Shown: positions 25,911-39,270 of the stretch, one piece after another | Position numbering within the stretch: the first letter of the stretch is position 1 | Layout: each line of letters begins with the position of its first letter | Assembly (NCBI GenBank): GCA_964016885.1 | Contig: OZ024742.1 | Span: forward strand, 92,566,001-92,630,000 | Reading direction: 5' to 3' | DNA length: 64,000 nt | Origin: Eledone cirrhosa | Taxonomy: Eukaryota | The notes under the pieces: generated by a model | What the model was told of the DNA's origin: nothing | Database searches by the model: none | Seen by the model: only the letters and a program-made list of their open reading frames with translations | Position numbers and translations under genes: made by a program

Positions 25911-26305
25911 ACATTTACTAGAAAATTTCATCATTTAAAAAACAATTTTGAGTTACTTTATATGAAACTGATCTAGCAAGCCTGCAGTCTAAGTAATTAT
26001 CAGTGACTAAAAAAAGTTATCAGGGAATGAAAGGGTGAGATGATAGATCAAACCTGATGCCCACAAATGCTTGAAAAGAGTAGTTAGTAAAATTTTCATG
26101 GTATATGTTAAACTTTTTTCTAAATAAAGCCAAAAATAAATAAAAACAGAAAAACAAAAAAATTATAACCCATAGAAGCCAGTTCAAATACCAAGCAAAC
26201 CCAAGACAGGCAATGCTCAAGGCATCAATTTTATTTTTTTATTTTTTGGAAAAAATAAAAAATATATGCGTGCCAATGCCAAACATAATTTGATGATGAA
26301 TTTAC

Positions 26306-26377
26306 CAAGAGCATATTTAAAGACGTTGCTGATGTTGGTCTTGGAGGGCGGAATGGTAAGATGTTGTCAAGGGTTAT
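26306..26377 (-). CDS. Candidate alternative cassette exon of DOCK7-like gene: ITLDNILPFRPPRPTSATSLNMLL
   Basis: T-rich tract + TATAG acceptor, TTG|GTAAAT donor, 72 nt, phase 0-0, no stop, GC above flanks. Confidence 0.65.
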
Positions 26378-26723
26378 CTATAGTGAACACCCAACAAGAG
26401 TAAAAAGAACAAAACAAATATATATATATATATATAAATATATAAATAAATAAAAAATAACAGATGAAATAATGGTTAAAAAAAAAAAGCATCAAAGAAG
26501 TCATTATCAAAATTTTAAAAATAATTTTCAGAAACATTTCCCTGACATCCCAGAGTATTCTAAGTACAGAGGACAAAGTTTACATGAGTAAATATAATGC
26601 AAATATCTAAGACAAGAAGGGTACGATGCTGCAAAACCATTGTCAATTATTTGGGACTATATATAAGATGGAGCTGGTGAAATGTCATGCAGACAAATTC
26701 GTTGATATAAAATTCTTACATAC

Positions 26724-26729
26724 CTTGTC
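26724..26729 (-). CDS. Candidate 6-nt microexon (DK)
   Basis: TCTTTGTTTTTACCATTGTCAG|GACAAG|GTATGT; TGCATG about 30 nt downstream (plus-strand CATGCA 26686-26691). Confidence 0.6.
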
Positions 26730-29102
26730 CTGACAATGGTAAAAACAAAGATAATTATAGCAAATATTCAGAAGAGACTGTTTAGTGGAAAAGGGAGATG
26801 GCAGGGCATGTCGCTCATGAAATGAATTTGTTAGTATCTGATAAGTGGACATGTGCATAGTTTGTGTGTGTATATATATATATATATGATGATATATATA
26901 TGAGGAGAGAGAGAGAATGAGGGAAATGAAGGAAGGTTATGCTTTTTAAAAAAGATCTTTTATATATAAATATGAGATAGGATGAGGTAATGACTGAGGG
27001 ATATGAGAAATGAATGAGGTAATAGCTTCATATAAAGCTGAGAAAACTGCTGCATAAAGAATATGTTGGTTCAGTTACATTTTTATACAAAACTGGAAAA
27101 ACTACAGGGAAATAGACAAATGTAGATTGAGAATATTTCATTTGGTAGGGAAGGGAATTTATAAACAATAACTCCTCTAAATCGACAATAGGTGAATAAA
27201 TTTTGAGACAAAAATAGTTTATATGATTTCTTTCATTAAGTGATAAAATGATTTTTTTTTTTATAAAGGAGAGGCATAGTTGATTGATTCAACCCCAGTA
27301 TATAACTGGTGTATTATTTTATCAGCCATGACTGTATCTGAGTAAATGTAAATATACAAGCTTTTAAATGCTTGCATATTTACATAATCATACCCAATTT
27401 AGAACTGGTACACCATATTCCTGCGTGCTGTGAGAGGTGACTAAAAGGATTAGCACTAAGAAGGGCATCTGGTTGGAAAACATTGCCTCACAAAGGACTT
27501 CATGTTATGAAGCTTGCAAGGCTAACCCTGCTTAAGTGGGGGAAATGGTTTTAAAGCACTTGTTATAGTTATTGGTTGTTGTATCATTTTTATATTTCTA
27601 AACATAACCATCAGTGTAGGTTGCTGTTTATCAGGTATCAGAATGGGAGATTGGAAATCTTTGAAATTTGCAAGAAAGAATTTGGATATTTGTTAGCAAG
27701 CCAAAATGAACTTTTTTTTTTTTAGATGTAAAACTGACAGACAATGGGGAGCTTCTCTGTGAGGCAAAAGTGGGATGGCTTTGATCTCTTCTAAAATATC
27801 TGTGCCTTAGCTAACACTGCCCATGAAAGATGGTGGTCCTGTCTTTGTCTCATGATTTCCATGTCTTTTGAAAGTTACAACATTGGTGTAAAGCCCCTAT
27901 TGCAAAACAAATCCATATTCTTACTATGTTTTAATGATTGCCATCTGTGACTCTACAGATGGTATGGTTTTTGAAATTTTAAGCATTAGTATGTTGTAAC
28001 AGATCTTTAATGCCAACCACTTGATCATAATAATAGAAGCTGTTGTCAGCAATCAAGGCTATATATACTTTCCAGGAGCTGAATACACTTGCTGAAGTAA
28101 TACTAAGATTTGAACTCATGACTTCATAGTCAGTCATCTAACAGTGCTTCTTTGTATAATTCTGTGACCCTCCCCCCTTTCATTCATTGTTAAATAATCT
28201 TTGCCCTTACTCTTCCCCTCCTTTTCCTCTCATTTATAGTCTTTTGCATTGCTACTCTCTTTTTCTTTGATTGATCTCGTAACTTAGCAGTTTGATAAAA
28301 GGGGATCAATAAATTAAGTACTGAGTTCAATATAGCCAACTTAAGGTGATGACTGAGCATCACTGCAGTCTAATAACTGAAACCAGGAAAAGAATAATGC
28401 TGTGAAGCTCTCTTATATTCTGCTAACAAAATTTCTTAGATATTGAGATTATTAATGCATTTAAACAACTATAGTTTGTGTTTTGCACAAACTACTAAAG
28501 AATAGAAGATGATGAACGGAATATAATGAAGAACTAAATAATTTACATAATGAATGAAGAAAGGATAAATCATTTGCATAATTGTAATCATAAGAGAAAT
28601 TATTTGCATAACCAAATGATCATATTAATTTTTTTTAAAAAGAAATACAAAAAAGTGAACAAAATTAAAATGGTATTTTAAATTAAAATAATCAATTTAC
28701 AATTAAATATAAAATAGACAGGTAAAAATAAGAGAAAAAATGTTTAGTTTCTGAACAAAATTTTACAACAAAATGTTCATTTAAATATGTTTAAAGTATG
28801 TTATGCCATTATGCAAGACTACCATAACATAATTTTAATAACAAAATACTTGAAAATAAATGAGGCAAAAAAATGTTAATAGAACCTTATTCTGTCCACT
28901 TCTTTTCTGCCTCAATGTGTTATATCCCCAATATATTTTCATGTGTGTTATAGTTAAAATTAAGCATTGTATTAGCTTTGCCTAAAACCCGTAACATATT
29001 TTGAAATTCTAATTTTATTACTTGCTTTGTAAAATGCTTCATTATTTAAATATATATTTTTTTAACACAAAAACAAAAACTAAAATACTAACAAAACAAA
29101 TA

Positions 29103-29148
<46 letters not shown>

Positions 29149-32100
29149 CAAGCAGTAAACAAACTAAAATAATGTAGGATTGTCTAAAATAAAACAATTA
29201 GAAAAAATATATATTTAACTCATAAGTACATATATATTTTAACAAAAGAAAGTCACAAGAAAAATAATTCAAGATTTTAAGAATAATGTAGAAATAACGT
29301 GTGTGTACATGTACACAAAAACGCACACACATTTTATATTGGAGGTTTCCAGTCACCAATTGTCAATATAATATATAATAATAGGGCTGGGAGGATGCTT
29401 TACCAATGTCAATGACATGGCACCCTCCCTAGTGATGGTGATGTACAAAATAAATGCACCAGTACACACTGTAAAGTGGTTGGTGATAGAAAGAGCATCA
29501 AGCCATAGAAATCTTGCCAAATAAAGGGTTGGGAGGACCATCAGTCGTGTCAAAGGCATGACAACCTTTTCTGTGCATTCCTCAGTGGAATGTAACACTG
29601 TACATAAGCGAGACACAGATCCCTGGCCTGCCAGAGAGATCAGTAGCTCTGCTTCAGTACTGACTTGGTCTGCATGGACCCATCCAACCCTTGCTAGCAG
29701 GAAAAGTGGACATTAAAATGATGACGATGATGATGAATAAACAAGTTTGTTAATTTCAATATTTCCCCTATTAATATGGCAGATTGTTTTTTTTTTCTGA
29801 CAAATTATGAACTTTTAAAATGTAAACAATTTATGTGAAAGAGAGGTGAATATCTTGTCCATTTCTATCTATTCCTGCGTGAAGATGAAGATTTGATGTT
29901 TGATATTGGCACTGTCTGACACCAAATGATTCATTTAGTGCTAGATGGTTTGGTACTCTACTACATGTTGGTAGGTTTGTTACTTAACTTACTCTTCAGT
30001 TTGTGTGAAGGACACAATTCCCTCCATAGTGCTAGTGCCATGCTGAAATACACCCAGTAGACTCTGTAAAGAGGTTGGTGTTAAGAAAGGCTTCCAGTCA
30101 GAAAACTTACCAAAAAGGATTGACAGGACTCATTTGTTTGTGTCAAGAACATGATAACCTCCCTAGTGCTGGTGCTATAAAATATACCCAATACACACTG
30201 TACAATGGGTGTTGATAGGAAGAGCATGGCAACCAATTTAGTGCTGGTGCCATGATAAAATGCACCTAGTACACTCAGTAAGGTGTAGGAATATACATGA
30301 GCGAGGTGCAACCCCCAGCTCATGTGAAGACAGTGGTTTCGATTAAGTGCTAAACAGTGATGATGATAATGATGACTATGACCAAATGAAAAAGTTGATA
30401 GATGTTCATAATTGAGTTACAATCACAAGCTGAAGCCCAGTCTTAATGCTTTGACATCAACAAGATATAGACACACAGCTTTTTATCTAACACACTACTA
30501 AAGACTCTTCTGTAGTACATGACTAGATAGCTTGATTGAGTTAAGCAATGGACTCTTCCAAAGGGTGGCTGGAGCAGTTTACCTTACTTTTTTCATGACT
30601 TAATTGGAATGAAGGACAGCACCCATGACCCTTTTTAGGACATCCAAGTTAAGGGAGAAGAATGAAGGAAGTTATCCTCAGATCAAAGACCTACCCTCAA
30701 TATTTGCTAGAGGTATTCAATAGCCATGCGGTGGTATTAAATTGGAGGACAGATTAAATCTATCCTCCTCATCCAAGTAAGCCATGGCAGGATTTGAACT
30801 GGGAATGCAAAGAGATGGAATAAATATTACAAGGCATCTTATCTGGTACTATCAATTCTGTCAATACATTGAGTCGACTGGTACTTTATCTGCCAATCTC
30901 AAAAGGATAAAAGGTAAAGTTGATTGTGATGGTATTTGAACTCAGCATGCAAAGACCCAGAATACATATTGAAAGACATCTAGTCTGATGCTTTACCAAG
31001 TCAGACTAGACAGTAGCTTATTCATCAACCATGGAAATATTAAAGGCAAATTTGACTTTGGCAGGATTTGAACTCAGACACAAGGCATCAGAATAAATAC
31101 CACAAAACATTTTGTCCAGTGCTCTAATGCTTCTGTTAATTCATTACCTCATTAATCAATATCTTTTTAAACATCACCAGGGATTTTGGTAAACAGAAAC
31201 CTCCAAAGTAAACATTCAAAACAAAATACTTTTCCTTTGGTTTTTAAACAATAAATATAAATCTTTTTTTAATTGGCAGATATCATTAAAAAATGAATAA
31301 AGGAAAAACAGAATAATATATCAAATGTGATTAGATTAAACCACTACTATGGTAAACTAATAAAAGCAGGAAAGGAAAAGCAAAGTTAAGGAAGAATAGT
31401 ATATACGTGTGAGAGAGAAAGAGAGAAAGGAGGAGGTAGTATAAGTACTGTTGTAAATTACTAATAAATTTATTACAATTAATTTAAAATCCCCTTAAAG
31501 TGTCCAATGGCATTTCAGGTTTTGAAATTTGAACTTTGGGAGACTTTAAATCTCAAGAACCGAGCCAGTGAACTTTAGTTTTAGAGACATTCTGGTCTCA
31601 AGAACCAGTGAAATGTTTAAATCAGAAGAAATCAGAGAAATTCAGAACTTAGAGAAATTTAAAAAAAAAAGTAATTTGAAGATAACAAAATGTAATAGCT
31701 CAGAGCTTAGAGCTATATCAGAATACTGTTGTTATTATTTAACAGTTTAACCTTAATTCCCTTGTAAGACTATATTAAACGTTACTCAAGAGAGTGCAGA
31801 ATTTTTCCTTGCTGATTAACATAATATTATTACTTAATAATCAATTTGCAATCCCATAGAAAAAAAATAATTTAATTAAATTATAGTTATTAATAAAACA
31901 ACATTATCACTTAATATTCAAATTACAATCCCATAAAAATAAAAAAAAATAATTAAATTAGAATAATTATTAAAAGAAATTTATAAAATAATTTAAAAAC
32001 AGCATTAGTGCTGGAATAAATTTTATATGAATACACTTTTACAATGAGAAATATAGTTAACTGGTTTTTACCTAAATACTTATGAATTGTAAGTGAAGAA

Positions 32101-32374
32101 AATCCTGTAATGAAAAGTTCATGATAAAATATCCATTTTCATGCCATGCATTCAAACAGGTATTTTTGACTTATGGTTGAACAGATTGTTAGGTATCATG
32201 AGTACCCCCCCACACCTATATGAAGTATTACATTTACATATTTTATTGTATAATATGCACATAAACAACAGAGAATATGCGAGTAAAAATATGCAGATGA
32301 TGAGAATTATTCAGCCAGAGACAGAATATCAATTTATATCCCAAATCTACTTTGTATCACCCAAAATGGATATA

Positions 32375-32391
32375 CATACATACATATATAC

Positions 32392-32425
<34 letters not shown>

Positions 32426-32639
32426 GCATATAGATATGCATATATATATATATACGCATATACATATGCATATATATATATACGCATATAGATATGCATA
32501 TATATATATACGCATATAGATATGCATATATATATATACGCATATACATACATATATACATACATATATATACATATATGCATACATATATATACATATA
32601 TGCATGCATGTATATATATACACATATATATATACATAC

Positions 32640-32670
<31 letters not shown>

Positions 32671-32713
32671 CACATATATATATATACACACATATATACA
32701 TATATATATATAC

Positions 32714-32744
<31 letters not shown>

Positions 32745-32937
32745 CACACATATATACATATATATATATATATACACACATATATATATACACACACACA
32801 TATATACATATATATATATATATATATACACATATATATACACACATATACATACACATATATATATACACATATATATATACACATATATACATATATA
32901 TATATATACACATATATACATACATATATATACATAC

Positions 32938-32973
<36 letters not shown>

Positions 32974-33538
32974 ATACATACATATATATATATACACATA
33001 TATACATACATATATATACATACACATATATACATATATATATATATACACATATATACATACATATATATATATACACATATATACATACATATATACA
33101 CATACATATATACATATATATATACACATACATATATACATATATATATACACATACATATATATATATATACACATATATACATACATATATATATATA
33201 TATACACACATATGCATACATATATATATACACACATATATACATACATATATATATACACACATATATACATACATATATACACATATACACACATATA
33301 TACATACATATATATATATATATACACACATATATACATACATATATATATATACACACATATATATATATATATACACACATATATATATATATATACA
33401 CACATATATATATATACACATATATATATATATACACATATATATATATACATATACACACATATATACATATATATAATATATATACATATATACTCAC
33501 ATATATATATATACATACACACATATATATGTATATAT

Positions 33539-33580
<42 letters not shown>
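32375..33580. repeat. About 1.2 kb compound (TA)/(TACA)/(CA) microsatellite followed by (GA)n
   Basis: Direct inspection. Confidence 0.97.
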
Positions 33581-33584
<4 letters not shown>

Positions 33585-35646
33585 CACACCATATACATAT
33601 AAATGAAGTTTAAATACAAAAAAAAAAATAATCAACATAATATTGACAGTCACAAAATCAACATCACTTAATTTCAAGACATTTAAAAAAAAAGGGTTTT
33701 AATTTTAATATTCGATACTATAATATATATATATAAGATAATATTGTACGTATCTGGTTTAGAACAAGTACACCATACAGGATGTATAGGGTTGACCCCT
33801 CCAAAATGGGCATCCATCTGTAAAACACTGCCTCAAAAAGGATCCCATTGAACATGGAACCTGTCATGAAGCCTGCAAAGCTAACCCATGCTTTAGCAGG
33901 GAGGATAGCCACCAAGCAATTGTATTTTAAGTAAGATAAGCTATTCATAACTACCTGATTATATCATTCCAAGATTTGTTGTAATGGGTAAATGAAAAAG
34001 ACACAATCTGTCCAACTACATAAACTAAAAGGGACTTTTCAAGCCACAGATAATGTAGCTGGCTATTTAGCAACTACTGCTTACTATGCAGTGAAGATCT
34101 TCAATGAAACTGGCAGTTAATCTGACAATCCTCAATCAAGGAAACCATGAAAATTGACAGAAATTATGGACCAATAATTCACTATTTGTTGATGAGAACA
34201 GGAAAATGATGTCTGTTCTCATAGTACTACCATGTGCAGATTGGTGTCACTACTATATCCGGCCCCCAAAAGAAATTCTTGATTATTTTCAAAATTATTT
34301 GAAAATCATAGATAGAGTCTTTGATTAAAACTATTGCAACAAAAGGGCTATTGAGCATATTCCATTTTGTATGGTTCGGATATTTCAAAATTAAATGACA
34401 TCGATTTTTGTGGTGTAATTGATACTGCCAATAATTAGATTTGACTAAATTTTAAATGTTTATCATTTAAAATCATAAAATAGTGATGAAAAATAAGAAA
34501 ATAATGTTTAACCAATATATGTCAATAATTTCCACTAAATATATATATTTAAAATTGGAGAGAGAGAGAGAGATCCAGTGGATGTTGTACTGGTATTGTA
34601 GAGTGGTGGGAAAGCTCTGGCAAGCTGAAGCCCAAACCTAGGTTCAACCCCCCACCCCATCATAAGATGTCATTGAAACATTTCTACCCTGTTGAGTGTA
34701 CTGACAAGGTTACAAAGTCATCCCATTATTGTGCAGGCACATGGTCTAGTGGTTAGAGTGTTGAACACATGATCATAAGGTTGTAGGTTTGATTTCTAGA
34801 TGCAGGGGTGTTGTGTCTTTGACCATGATGTTTCATTTAAGAGTTACTCCAGATTACTCAACTGAAAATGATGATCAGCAGTAGTTAGTGGTTAAATTTG
34901 CACTGGACTAGAGCCTTTATAATAAAACCCCCACAAAACCTATGAAATGTAACCTCTAAGATGGCCAGATAAACCTACATAGGTGTGAACTATAACAACA
35001 ACAACAACAATTCTAGTAGGATTTACCATCTTTAAAGAACCAAACTTCAAATGTAAGTGATCAATACCACAAAAAAGCATCCTGGTTGTTATTATTAACA
35101 AGGTCATACTGCTGAATTCTGGATTTTTGGATTATTTTATAACCATTCCTATTTATATTAAAATCTACTGTCATAATTTAATAAACATTTGTTAAATTAT
35201 GTTACAAATGCCATCTTGATAATGACATAATTAACAATTGTAGTGAATCTCTTGAGATTCTTCATTGATTAATTCAAATACAGTGTATTTCATTAAATAT
35301 ATGGTCACAAAATGATTAAGGGCATTCCAGCCATAACCATCTCATGCGATCTTCCTTTTGTACGACAGTTGGGTGTGGTTTCAGAGAAATTAGATTGTCA
35401 TTACTATCAAGCTGACAGGACCTGTAATGATGGACAACAGGTGATGGTCTTTCGATACATTCTGATCTGAGATATGAATTCATAAAATTGACTTTTCCAT
35501 GAGCTTGCCACCACTCCACTATATCATTTGTACAACAATGGATACTACAGAGAAATGTTTGTTGCTAACTGACCTCAATGAGAAAAGGGAGAAGAGGAAA
35601 GAACATGTGATTAATAAGCAATAGTATTAATAAGATGTTTGAAAAT

Positions 35647-36300
35647 ATAATGATTTCTAGTATAGGCACAAGGCCAATAATTTGAAGGGGAGGAGAAAGT
35701 CGATTAAATCAACCCCAGTGCATTACTGGTACTTTATTTTATCGACCCTGTAAGGATGAAAGGCAAAGCTAACCTCGGCGGGATTTTAACTCGGAACGTA
35801 AAGGGCCGTAACTCCACACCGCAAAGCATGTTGTCCGACCCTCTACCAATTCTGCCAATCCACCGCTCTTACAATAACAATAATGATTTCTTGTATAGGC
35901 ACAAAGCCAGTAATTCGGGAGGAGGGGAAAGTCGATTAAATCGACCCCAGTACATTACTGGTGCTTTATTTTATCGACCCCGTAAGGATGAAAGGCAAAG
36001 TTAACCTCGGCGGGATTTGAACTCAGACCGTAAAGCGGCGTAACTCTATGCTGCAAAGCATGGCGTCCTACCCTCTACCGATACTGCCAATCCACCGCCC
36101 TTATAATAATAATTGTTTCTACTTTAGGCACAAGGTCATCAATTACCCAGTGCATTACTGGTACTTTATTTTATCGACCCCGTAAGGATGAAAGGCAAAA
36201 TTAACCTCGGCGGGATTTGAACTCAGAATGGCAAGGGCCGTAACTCTATGCGTCAAAGCATGGCGTCTGACCCTCTACCGATACTGCCAATCCACCGCTT
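35647..36300 (-). mobile_element. Head-to-tail trimer of young tRNA-derived SINEs
   Basis: Three consecutive copies of TTACTGGT(A/G)CTTTATTTTATCGACCC(C/T)GTAAGGATGAAAGGCAAA...GCCAATCCACCGC separated by (AAT)n; another copy at about 41680-41860. Confidence 0.9.
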
Positions 36301-36585
36301 TTTAATAATAATAATAATCTATCAGAGTTAGAATGGAAATCAGACAACCATCCAACCAACCAGTAACAGAAAAAATAAAATAAAAACAAAAATCAAACTA
36401 AAAATCACTACACCAGTGGTAAACTACCATGTTAAAGGTTACCTAGGTTACAGTAGTAGTGGTAGTAGCAGTAGTGGCAGCAATGGTGGTGGTGGTGGTG
36501 GTGGCTGATACTAAAGGGAGTCAGTACATGATAGGACATAAGTTTGAAAAACAAATACAAATACACACAAAGCAGTTCATAGTAC

Positions 36586-36828
36586 CTGCCCATATGTCTC
36601 TTCTTTGCCGATACCACGCCCCAGGAAGGTCCCCGTACCCCGAAACAGATCTTGGGACTTCCTCTGAATGCCTTCCCAGATTTGCTCATGAAACGATTGA
36701 GATTTGATCATGCCATTGCCTTTGTAAGTGGATCCCCGTGGTGTTGGGCTATCCTGCCAGTCTTCCAGGGTTTCCTCGGAGCCAGAGAACTGCGACAACA
36801 TGTCACAGTTCATTAGAACCCATTTTGC
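36586..36828 (-). CDS. Candidate alternative cassette exon (81 aa): AKWVLMNCDMLSQFSGSEETLEDWQDSPTPRGSTYKGNGMIKSQSFHEQIWEGIQRKSQDLFRGTGTFLGRGIGKEETYGQ
   Basis: About 60-nt pyrimidine tract ending TTCTAG, CAG|GTACTA donor, 243 nt, phase 0-0, open frame, non-repetitive GC-rich island. Confidence 0.75.
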
Positions 36829-37129
36829 CTAGAATACAACAGGGAGGAGATGAAGAAGAAAAAATAAGAAAGAAGAGAGAGAAAGAGACTGGGATAATGA
36901 TATGACGTGTAACCACCAGCAGGTTGCAGCCAAGGACTCAGTAGAAATGAACAGTCATGTTGAGATTTGCAATATTGCAATGCACCAACTGCATGTTTTC
37001 AGGAGCAACAACACCTTGCACATCAAGTCCTACATATATGTCAATATCATCATCATTTAATGTCTATTTTCCACAGTGGCATGGGTCAGACAGGTTGTCC
37101 TGTTGTGAGACAAGTCAGATCACACAGAA

Positions 37130-37170
<41 letters not shown>

Positions 37171-39236
37171 TATATATATATATATCTGTCCAATCCATGC
37201 ATTCATGAAAAAGCAAGCGTAAGAACAATGATATATATAACTATATATATATATATTTATACTATATATATATATATATTTATACAACATATATGTATGT
37301 ATTACATGAAGGTATAAAGATGAATGACAGATACCAGTGAAAAAATATACCTATGGCGATAAAGACAAGACCAGGAATTGAACTCACACCCAGTTAACAG
37401 TTAAATACAATAACTATTGTAGTCTCAATTCTAATATTTAAAACTTAATTGTGAATAGTAAAAAAATCTTAGTCTTTGTGCATGAATATGTGTCTGTATG
37501 ACTGTGCATTTGTATAGGAACACATATTGTAAATAACTGACATTTGTTCTGTGTGCATACATACATATATGTATATATATGTGTGTGTTTGCATTTATAG
37601 TGAATGCATGTGGCTTAGTGATTAGAGTGTTTGGCTTGTAATCGTGAGTTCGATTCTTGGTGGTGTAGTGTGTTTTTGAGCAAAACGCTTCATTTCATGT
37701 TGATCCACTCAACTTACAAAAATTAGTTGTACCTGTAATTCAAACAACCAGCCTTGTCACACAGTGTCAAGCTGAAATTTTCTGAGAATTTGGTTAAAGG
37801 TACACAAGTCTGTGGAATGCTCAGCCTCTTGCACTATCATTGCATGAGCAGGCTGTTCCATTTATCAAACACTTGTGAGTGGGTCAACAATAGTTGTATT
37901 GACAAATAATAGCCATAATGATAATTTTTAACTAGGAGGGGATAGAGTTCACTATATTAACCCCAGAAGTTGACTGGGATTTCACAATATAAAGGGCTGT
38001 AACTATAACGATTACTGATGAAGACGAAGATGATGATGACGACAATAATAATGATGATGATTTTTGGTGCTGTTGCTCCAGGAAAGGACTTGTAGAAAGA
38101 TGCTCAGCAAATATCAGCTTGCTTTCACTGAGTTGATTTTATGTCAATATGTGAGTGTATGTGTATGAATTTATATGTATATATATATACGTGTATACAC
38201 ACACATGCATATATATATATATATATATATATAGGGGTGGGGGAAATGTGGCTTCATTTTGTTACATGTTACAGCATGCTATATACAGTTAACAAACAAG
38301 AGCAGTGGCGAAAGGTGTATTAAATATATGTTATTGGTTATTACTGTCTTTTTTTTTCTTTAAGCTGAGAAGCCCCCTACTCAATGCTACCAGATTCCAC
38401 TGTGAGGCAGCAATACTGGATGAGAGGTAAGAGAGAGATTCAAACTGAATTATGACATCAATACACTAAGCAACAAAATAAAGAAGAGAAACAAAACAAC
38501 AACTGAAGATCATGCAAATGTAAGAACTTATATACACACAAACATATGTAAAGAAAAGAAGCAAGTACAGAGACAGAAAATAAAATGCCAATCAAGAAAG
38601 CATGATCAGCTTGGTCTATATATATATATATATATATATATACAGACCAAGCTGAACATATATGTGTATGTATGAATAAACATTAAAAATGCTGTTACCA
38701 ACATTTTTGACCACACAAGCTTCAATTCAGAAGATGCTGAACATTGTAGTGAAGTTTTTATATATGTGTGTGTGTGTGTGTGTCTCGGGTTCAAGCAGAG
38801 TTAACCACAGTAAGGTACTCAATACATAGAGTATAAATATTTAATATAGAAAAGGTTTCTACAGGACTAGAACTGTTTCATTCCAAGGAAATCACCAGGA
38901 AAGCCCTGATGGCTTCCTTGGAATTAAACAGTTCTAGTCCCATAGAAGCCATTTCCATATTAAATATAAACATATATATATAACCTACAATATAATGTTC
39001 AGTATACTCTTTGGCTACGATCAAAGTGTAAATATATATATATATATATATATAGGAACAAGTAGGACCCCGACGGCTGACCTCAAGCCGTTTCGACGGC
39101 TAATTCTGGACTTTTTAGTCCAGCTTGAGCTCAGCCGTCCGGGTCCTACTTGTTCCTATTACCCACTCTACTACCCTAAGTATTGAGTACTTTGGTGCGT
39201 TATGGTCCATCTGGTTCCTTACCACATTTCCTTCGT

Positions 39237-39270
<34 letters not shown>

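Noticed and set aside
31342-31356. Possible 15-nt or 9-nt microexon (FTIVV/FTI) after a strong TGC-containing acceptor
   Set aside because: Donors GTTTAA and GTAGTG are too weak to support a call
32334-33677. Long ORFs (291-447 aa) of Y/I/C/V/H/T on both strands
   Set aside because: Translation of a stop-free TA/CA microsatellite; not genes
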